Under the pieces are notes generated by a model. That model worked only from the letters and a program-made list of their open reading frames with translations, did not search any database and was not told the origin of the DNA. A stretch of DNA of 64,000 nt, taken from the NCBI GenBank assembly GCA_964630525.1, contig CAZVUY010000004.1:11448-75447 (forward strand), written 5' to 3'. The position numbers and the translations under genes are program-made. Below are positions 58,401-64,000 of the stretch, in pieces (positions within the stretch are counted from its first letter, which is position 1; every line of letters begins with the position of its first letter). The DNA comes from an uncultured Candidatus Saccharibacteria bacterium. Its GTDB lineage: Bacteria > Patescibacteriota > Minisyncoccia > Phycocordibacterales > WO2-35-19.

Positions 58401-59084
58401 GATTCTCTTGAAAAGATTGTAGATCGCTTCGGCGCCGATTTCGGCTTCAAACAAAGTACCGTAATCTTTAGAATATTTGTGGTAAGCGACTTCATCGATC
58501 ACTTTGCCTTCGACGATGCTCTCGATTTCTCTTTTGCGAGCCAACAGATTTTCTTTGAGTTCTTCTTTACTTTTTTCATCATTCAAACTTTTGATTCTGG
58601 ATTTGAACTCAGCGTCGAGATCTTTGAGTACCGATTGTTTTTCTTCGTCTGATACTTTAGTGATGATATAGCCGGCGAAATAAATCACCTTCTCTACGTC
58701 AGCAGAGGTGGTGCCCAGTACCAAGGCAATCCTAGAGGGCATGCTCTTTAAAAACCAGATATGAGAAACTGGTGCGCAAAGGTCGATATGACCCATTCTC
58801 TCTCTCCTTACGATTGATCGGGTGATTTCCACGCCGCATTTCTCACAAACAATGCCCTTGTAGCGGATACCTTTGTACTTACCACAATAACACTCAAAAT
58901 CTCGGTCTGGACCGAATATTTTTTCATCGAATAAGCCGTGGCGCTCGCTCCGCTGAGTACGATAGTTGATAGTTTCTGGTTTGGTCACTTCTCCGTAAGA
59001 CCAGTTTTTGATTGCTTCCGGCGAAGCCAGAGAGAGCTTCATTAGATCGAAGTCAGCGATGCCGGTGGTTGGTTTGTTTTGCAT
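55425..59084 (-). CDS. rpoC: RNA polymerase subunit beta'
   Basis: KPETINYRT, NADFDGDQMAVH, GEPGTQLTMRTFH. Confidence 0.99.
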   Translation of the reverse strand: MQNKPTTGIADFDLMKLSLASPEAIKNWSYGEVTKPETINYRTQRSERHGLFDEKIFGPDRDFECYCGKYKGIRYKGIVCEKCGVEITRSIVRRERMGHIDLCAPVSHIWFLKSMPSRIALVLGTTSADVEKVIYFAGYIITKVSDEEKQSVLKDLDAEFKSRIKSLNDEKSKEELKENLLARKREIESIVEGKVIDEVAYHKYSKDYGTLFEAEIGAEAIYNLFKRIDLHKLETKIKEELDNSKSVETTKIAKRLALIQTMIRSNTRPEWMFLTRIPVIPPAMRPMVPLDGGRYATSDVNDLYRRVINRNNRLKKLKEISAPDVILRNEKRILQEAVDALIDNSIRHNNSQQVVSQASRARELKSLADNLKGKRGLFRQNLLGKRVDYSGRSVIVVGPELKLDQCGLPKHMALELFKPFVISALLKQELAYNVRGASRLIEDKIPEVWAILEEVIKNRYVLLNRAPTLHRLGIQAFKPILIEGNAIQVHPLVCNAFNADFDGDQMAVHVPLSPEAQLEAQTIMASDKNILKPGSGDPTVSNKLLDIILGCYWMTKDVAGEKGEGMMFGNPNSAITAYDFGVVDFRAKIKVLGTDSPKYAKFNGELFETTVGRLLFNSVLPNDYPFINAEINKKKMSGMVDDLIQKYGIESIPSIMDKIKEFGFKYATTSGTTWSIDDVTIPANKYEIIEKAKEKVALIQEQFDAGLLSQNEKRAKNIEKWTEAKEEVQKSMQEAMDKSGSVYDLVKSEARGSIGQLTQMAGMKGLIVNTTGETIDFPIISSYKEGLTPIEYFITTHGARKGLSDTALNTAKAGYLTRKLFDVAQDCLISEEDCGSKEGVVLNKISSSGIEVPIGKIAKGRFLAEDIKGKNGEVILKKNHFLTRDDVALIEENGVESVVVRSPLTCKTLDGVCVRCYGADLGKNKIIGLGEAVGTVAAQAIGEPGTQLTMRTFHAGGTASVGGDITSGLPRVEEVFENRSPKNPAVIARVDGTVSDIKVEGKDKMIIILPDEADRSKAKSNTEYLVNYHRVIMVKVGDKVKKGDLMTDGSVDLDELFKYTSKEQTQNYIINEITKIYELQGEPVSRKHIEVIIKQMFSRRKIKHPGDTRFSQGDVVSEQDLLLENEEMKKLGKDEAKSEPLLLGITEVSLSRKSFLSSASFQHTTRMLIQNALRGTEDELSGLKENVIIGRLIPAGTGFKGSDKYKTIKELQEKLDREA

Positions 59085-59108
59085 ACTTTTTAGATTATTT
59101 GACTAAGA

Positions 59109-62100
59109 TTATTCTTGGTTTTTAAGAAGCTCCACATTGAGAGCGAGACCACGCAAATTGCTGATCAAGACGTTGAAGGCGGCCGGCAAATTCTCGCTTC
59201 TCATTCGCTCTCCCTTGATAATGGCGTCGAAAGTGGCGCTGCGACCAGTGATATCATCAGACTTGACGGTCAGCATTTCTCTCAGGGTGTAGGCGGCACC
59301 ATGTCCAAGCAGGGCCCAAACTTCCATTTCACCAAATCGTTGGCCTCCTCCTTGAGCTTTACCTCCAAGTGGCTGCTGGGTAATCAGAGAGTAAGGTCCG
59401 ATCGAACGCATATGGATCTTGTCTTCAACCATGTGGTCGAGCTTGAGCATGTACATGTAGCCGACAGCGGTAGCTTGTTTGAAAGCTTCGCCGGTGCGGC
59501 CATCGTAAAGTTGAATTTTGCCGTTCTCGTTCCAGCCAGCTTTATTCAATTCCTCCTTGATTTCTTTGTCGGTTGCTCCAGCAAAAGGAGGTACGACCGC
59601 TTGGTAGCCGAGAGTTTTGGCCGCCAAACCTAAGTGTAGTTCCAATATTTGACCCAAGTTCATTCGAGACGGCACACCAAGTGGCGTGAGTACCATGTCG
59701 ATCGGAGTACCATCTGCCATGTAAGGCATGTCTTCAATCGGCAGGATTTTTGAAATAACTCCTTTGTTACCGTGGCGACCAGCTAGCTTGTCACCCACGG
59801 AGACGTTGCGGATCTGGGCAATTTCAATATGAATTCTCTTGATGATGCCAGATTCTAGTTTGTCGCCTTTTTCTCTTGAAAATACTTGAATATTGACGAC
59901 TCTCCCCTTCTTACCACCCTCCACTCTCTTAGAAGTGTCCTTGATGTCTCTCGATTTTTCACCGAAGAGTGAACGAAGCAATCTTTCTTCTGGAGTGAGC
60001 TGGGTCTCGCCTTTCGGAGTGATTTTACCAACCAAGATATCACCTGGGTTTACTTCGGCTCCAATGCGGATGATACCGTCCTCAGCCAAGTTTTTCAGTT
60101 TATTTTCGCCGACGTTTGGGATATCGCAGGTGGTGACTTCCGGACCAAGCTTGGTGTCGCGTACGTTGACTACCACCTCATCGATGTGAACAGTCGTGAA
60201 TTTATTTTCTCTGATTAGTCTCTCGGAAAGGATGATGGCGTCTTCATAGTTGGACCCTGACCAAGAAAGGAAGGCGATCAAGATGTTTTGACCGAGTGCC
60301 ATTTCACCATTGACGCTAGTGAGAGTGTCAGCCAAGACATCACCTTTTTTGACGTGATCTCCAATGTTGACGATTGGTCGCTGATGGAAACAGGTAGCGC
60401 TGTTGGTTTTGGCGAAATTGACCAGTTTGTAAGTAGTTTTGTTATTTTTATTGTCAGTTACTTCTATCAAGCTCCCGTCTACTTTTGATACGATCCCGTC
60501 GCTAAGCGAGATGACCAGTCGGCCAGTATCGCGCATCGCCTGACCCTCAATGCCAGTTGCTACCAAAGGAGCTTCCGGCTCCACGCAAGGGGTAGCCTGC
60601 TTCTGCATGTTTGAACCCATGAGAGCGCGGTTTGCGTCATCGTGGTTTAGAAACGGGATCATGGAAGTCGCGATCGAAAAGGCTTGGTTGGTCGCCACGT
60701 CCATGTATTCAACTTCTTTTTTAGCGACCATACCAGGTTTGCCATTGATTCTCGCCTCGACTACCTCTTGGCTGATGTGACCTTTTTCGTCGCGATCGAT
60801 CGCGGCGTGGGCGATGATAAACTTCTCTTCCTCAAGAGCGTTTAGATATTCTATTTCATCGGTCACTACCCCGTTCTTCACTTTGACGTAAGGGGTTTCG
60901 ATCATACCAAATTCGTTGATTCGGGCATAAAGAGACAAGTGCAAAATGAGACCAATGTTTGGACCTTCTGGTGTGTGGATTGGGCAAAGTCGGCCGTAGT
61001 GAGAAGGGTGTACGTCGCGCACTTCGAAACCAGCTCGGCTTCGGTTTAGACCGCCAGGACCGAGAGCGGAGAGTAGACGCAAGTGCTCGATCTCAGCGAG
61101 AGCATTCTCTTGAGACATAAATTGGGAAAGCTGGTTGGTGGTGAAAAATTCTTTGAGTCTGGCCTGCAGCGGTTTTGGGATAATAAACTGTACCGGCAAG
61201 GTGACGTCAGCATCGACGGTCGACATGCGATTTTGCATGTTACGTTTGATCTGAGCCATACCCATGCGAAATTTTTGCTGCAACATTTCACCAACATAAC
61301 GAACGCGGCGGCTGCCGAGGTGGTCGATATCATCTTCGAGAGCGTCGGGGTTGGTGTTGAGAGTGATGATATGGTTGACCACCAAGCGGATATCGTTGAG
61401 ATCAAGAGTGCGTCGATCGGCATCTTTACCTGAAGTTGGCAAACCAAAGCGAGAGTTGAATCGGAAGCGACCAACTTTCTGCAAATCGTATCGCTCTGAT
61501 TCAAAAAGACTCTTGAAAAATTCGCGAGCATTTTCGGCGGTCGCCAAGTCGCCATCGCGCAATCGGCGGTAAATTTCGACGAAAGATTCGTCAGCAGTCT
61601 TCGCGTGATCTTTGGCGAGAGACTTCTCTATATATTCTTTAGCAGCTGGATTGTCTTTAAATAGAGAGAAGATTTCTGAATCAGTCTCGGCACCAAAGGC
61701 TCGGAATAATGAAGTGACCGGAAACTTCCTTTTTCGGTCGATACGGACATAGATGGATTTATCGACATCAGTCTCGATCTCGATCCAAGCACCTCTTGAT
61801 GGGATGATCTTGGCACCAAAGAGGGCCCGGCCTTTTATTTCGGTTTTGGTGAAGAAAACACCAAAGGAACGAGCCAGCTGTGGGACGATCACTCTCTCGA
61901 TACCGCTTACAATGAAAGTACCGTGAGAAGTCATCATCGGAAATTCGGTCATGAAGAGCTCCTGCTCTTTGGAGGTGTTGAGAGTTTTGTTGGTGAGGCG
62001 GACACGGGCTTTGAGCGGGGCTTCATAAGAGAGCTTCTTCTCTTTGGCGTAGTATTCGTCGTATTTTGGTTCCTCGAGTTCAAAACTCAAAAATTCAAAT

Positions 62101-62303
62101 TTGAATTTTTTGCCGGAGAAATCGTTGATGACTGCAAACTCGTCCATCACCTCTTTGACTCCGTGCTCGACTAGCCATTTGAAAGATTCTACTTGGTCTT
62201 TCACCAAGTTAGGCATCTGAGCCAACGGCTTCTTGAATTTACTGAAATATTTTTTGGGCAGTGCTTTGAGCGATCCAATTTTTTCTTTTGTGGCGGCCGT
62301 CAT
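59109..62303 (-). CDS. rpoB: RNA polymerase subunit beta
   Basis: RDVHPSHYGR, GDKLAGRHGNKG, GGQRFGEME. Confidence 0.99.
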   Translation of the reverse strand: MTAATKEKIGSLKALPKKYFSKFKKPLAQMPNLVKDQVESFKWLVEHGVKEVMDEFAVINDFSGKKFKFEFLSFELEEPKYDEYYAKEKKLSYEAPLKARVRLTNKTLNTSKEQELFMTEFPMMTSHGTFIVSGIERVIVPQLARSFGVFFTKTEIKGRALFGAKIIPSRGAWIEIETDVDKSIYVRIDRKRKFPVTSLFRAFGAETDSEIFSLFKDNPAAKEYIEKSLAKDHAKTADESFVEIYRRLRDGDLATAENAREFFKSLFESERYDLQKVGRFRFNSRFGLPTSGKDADRRTLDLNDIRLVVNHIITLNTNPDALEDDIDHLGSRRVRYVGEMLQQKFRMGMAQIKRNMQNRMSTVDADVTLPVQFIIPKPLQARLKEFFTTNQLSQFMSQENALAEIEHLRLLSALGPGGLNRSRAGFEVRDVHPSHYGRLCPIHTPEGPNIGLILHLSLYARINEFGMIETPYVKVKNGVVTDEIEYLNALEEEKFIIAHAAIDRDEKGHISQEVVEARINGKPGMVAKKEVEYMDVATNQAFSIATSMIPFLNHDDANRALMGSNMQKQATPCVEPEAPLVATGIEGQAMRDTGRLVISLSDGIVSKVDGSLIEVTDNKNNKTTYKLVNFAKTNSATCFHQRPIVNIGDHVKKGDVLADTLTSVNGEMALGQNILIAFLSWSGSNYEDAIILSERLIRENKFTTVHIDEVVVNVRDTKLGPEVTTCDIPNVGENKLKNLAEDGIIRIGAEVNPGDILVGKITPKGETQLTPEERLLRSLFGEKSRDIKDTSKRVEGGKKGRVVNIQVFSREKGDKLESGIIKRIHIEIAQIRNVSVGDKLAGRHGNKGVISKILPIEDMPYMADGTPIDMVLTPLGVPSRMNLGQILELHLGLAAKTLGYQAVVPPFAGATDKEIKEELNKAGWNENGKIQLYDGRTGEAFKQATAVGYMYMLKLDHMVEDKIHMRSIGPYSLITQQPLGGKAQGGGQRFGEMEVWALLGHGAAYTLREMLTVKSDDITGRSATFDAIIKGERMRSENLPAAFNVLISNLRGLALNVELLKNQE

Positions 62304-62549
62304 AAAATGATTTTTCTATTAATATTTATAAAAAAGACACAAACACACAAAGACACCCCGATTCAGGGGGCCTACCAAAGCTCTCCTTTTTAACTTTTTA
62401 TTTTGCTATAAGCCAAGCCAGAGAATTTGCCTGTAATCCTCTATTGACCCTGTTAGATAGAAATCCTAGATTTCTTCTAAAATGTTATCAACATTTTGTT
62501 ATCTAACGGGGTTGACAACCACAACTCATCCGTCTCAATAGTAAGTACC

Positions 62550-62578
62550 AGTATATTCCCCCGATCAAATTCTGTCAA
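62550..62578 (-). promoter_or_regulatory. Sigma70-type promoter for the rpoBC operon
   Basis: Minus strand TTGACA-N17-TATACT, about 240 nt upstream of rpoB. Confidence 0.7.
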
Positions 62579-62604
62579 GTTTTGCAATCTTGACTGTGGA
62601 TAAG

Positions 62605-62632
62605 AAAAAAGCCCAAACCGCAAGGTTTGGGC
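62605..62632 (-). terminator. Intrinsic terminator closing the DGQHR-array transcript
   Basis: Minus strand gcccaaacc-ttgc-ggtttgggc-tttttt. Confidence 0.85.
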
Positions 62633-62636
62633 GATG

Positions 62637-62874
62637 ATGGACCAGTTGTCGGGAAGGCCCAAAAGAGCCAATGTATATGTAGGTCCATAATTAATGAGAA
62701 CAGACTATTACGAGGCTTTCACCAGATCTTCCAAAGTTCTCATCAATACCTTAAAGGATAAATTTAAGGGAGCACCAACCGGTCTTTAGGGTTAACCAAA
62801 GTTGACATAGGTGCTCCCTGGGTAGCTAGGACACTCGGGTCAAAGGTTTGTTAACCAGTCGATAGATGGTCCTA
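62637..62874 (-). ncRNA. TIGR-like dual-spacer stem-loop array (4 units)
   Basis: Units at 62827-62874, 62767-62819, 62690-62747, 62637-62688; each is stem-[C/A]C[T/C]-N10-TGG-loop-CCT-N10-TG[G/T]-stem; all 8 spacers exactly 10 nt and all different. Confidence 0.82.
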
Positions 62875-62875
62875 A

Positions 62876-63988
62876 CTAGAGCTTGTGCTTCGACTTCTGA
62901 AAGATCAGAGAGTCAAGTTGCCGAGCGATTTCGGCTGGGCTCGGAAAGATCGCATCTGGTCCACGGAATCTTTTGAAATCCCAAGCGTAGCGTTCAGCGC
63001 AAGATAGCAGACCTTTCACTCGATTTTCTTGCGGCCTAGACAGACCTCCCTGCTTCAGCCACAAAGCCAGAGATTTTTTGAATTGCTGGCCAACGACTGG
63101 TAGCAGGATGAGCGACTTCACCCCCTCTGTTCGCCGCAGAAAGTAGTTTTGGGGATCACTCCATTCCTTTGGCCAAATTTCTTTGGCTGCAGAGATGATT
63201 CGGAAGACAACTTCTTGTTGAACTTCCGCATCCTGTTTTAGGATTACAGAGTGAGCCGAAGATACCACTTTCTTTAACTCACCAAAAATACTACCAACAT
63301 TTATGATGCCGAGAGTGTGTTCGCGGAGCATCACTGCTGGAGGTATAGAAGAGAGCAAGGGCGCAAGGCGCTTGGCGTCTTCTTCTGTCGGATGCTTTCG
63401 CGGAGGTCTTTCCTCAAGGCGGATAAGACCGAAAAGAGGAGAATTAGGGTCGTTAGCAAGCCGTTTCCCCAAGGCATACGCCCTCTCGCTGATGTTGTCA
63501 GGAAAGAGACCAGTCTTGTCTTGCAGTTGTAAGACCAATTGACCGTCAATCTTCAACCGCTTGGTTTGTTGCAAGAACATTCGCACTCTCTGTTCATAAG
63601 AGATGCCGAGAGTTGCGGTAACCTTCAGTTGCCACACGCTCCTCTCTTCTTCAGAGAGGAGGTGGAGCGCAGCAATCCTCTGTTGACCGTCGTCGACCGA
63701 GAGATAGCCGTCCCTATTCCCCATGAGCGTATTCGTGTCTTTATCAACGATCCACTCCCCTTCCAAATTGCCGAGAATTGGTTCGGCGAATGTGGCATGA
63801 GATTGCCTCATTGCGTCGCGGATCTTTACGACTTGCGGATAATGAAGCAATCGCTGAACACCTTTGTGATTCGGGTCTTCGTTAAACCTTTCCACGCGGG
63901 CGATTTCCAAAAGTGTCGAAGCCGATACTACAAACGTGTAGAGTTCCGACCCCGGTTGACCTTCGCGAATGAAGTGGAATTCTCGCAC
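62876..63988 (-). CDS. DGQHR-domain (DndB/ParB-Srx-like) protein; may extend beyond the window
   Basis: GVQRLL and LSVDDGQQRIAAL motifs; the frame stays open to the window edge upstream of GTG 63988. Confidence 0.8.
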   Translation of the reverse strand: MREFHFIREGQPGSELYTFVVSASTLLEIARVERFNEDPNHKGVQRLLHYPQVVKIRDAMRQSHATFAEPILGNLEGEWIVDKDTNTLMGNRDGYLSVDDGQQRIAALHLLSEEERSVWQLKVTATLGISYEQRVRMFLQQTKRLKIDGQLVLQLQDKTGLFPDNISERAYALGKRLANDPNSPLFGLIRLEERPPRKHPTEEDAKRLAPLLSSIPPAVMLREHTLGIINVGSIFGELKKVVSSAHSVILKQDAEVQQEVVFRIISAAKEIWPKEWSDPQNYFLRRTEGVKSLILLPVVGQQFKKSLALWLKQGGLSRPQENRVKGLLSCAERYAWDFKRFRGPDAIFPSPAEIARQLDSLIFQKSKHKL

Positions 63989-64000
63989 TTCTTTGTCTCC

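Noticed and set aside
62595-62603. DnaA box (TGTGGATAA) as a sign of oriC
   Set aside because: Single box, no cluster and no dnaA/dnaN nearby.
62637-62874. CRISPR array interpretation of the stem-loop array
   Set aside because: No 23-47 bp direct repeats, the variable segments are only 10 nt and come in pairs, and no cas operon is in the window.

Overview
Bacterial chromosome segment, translation table 11. The gene content (MurJ, LepA, L9/L27, short AspRS, truncated UvrC, PIF1-like helicase, PaaX/Cas2-like protein, TrmB regulator, four-helix-bundle gene) suggests a Patescibacteria/CPR, probably Parcubacteria, genome; this is inference. Most of the window is housekeeping: cysS, gltX, aspS, trpS, hisS, mraY-ftsW-murG, scpAB, rpoB-rpoC-dnaG-rpoD and tRNA-Gly. 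The main find is at the right edge: a 4-unit stem-loop array (62637-62874, minus strand). Every unit reads stem-[C/A]C[T/C]-N10-TGG-loop-CCT-N10-TG[G/T]-stem, the dual-spacer architecture of TIGR guide-RNA arrays. It starts 1 nt after the stop of a DGQHR/DndB-like gene and ends in a terminator, and no Nop-domain Tas gene is recognisable in the window. Other candidates: a coiled-coil gene followed by a ~285-nt structured RNA with GTCTGN hexamers; a PaaX/Cas2-like gene bracketed by two perfect palindromes next to tRNA-Gly; an AT-rich ThiF/CoA-ligase/ammonia-lyase/nitroreductase/histidine-kinase cluster; several promoter-driven small RNAs or micro-ORF transcripts; and several palindromic or 7/8-mer repeat families, some inserted in frame in essential genes. 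All annotation was by eye, with no database searches.
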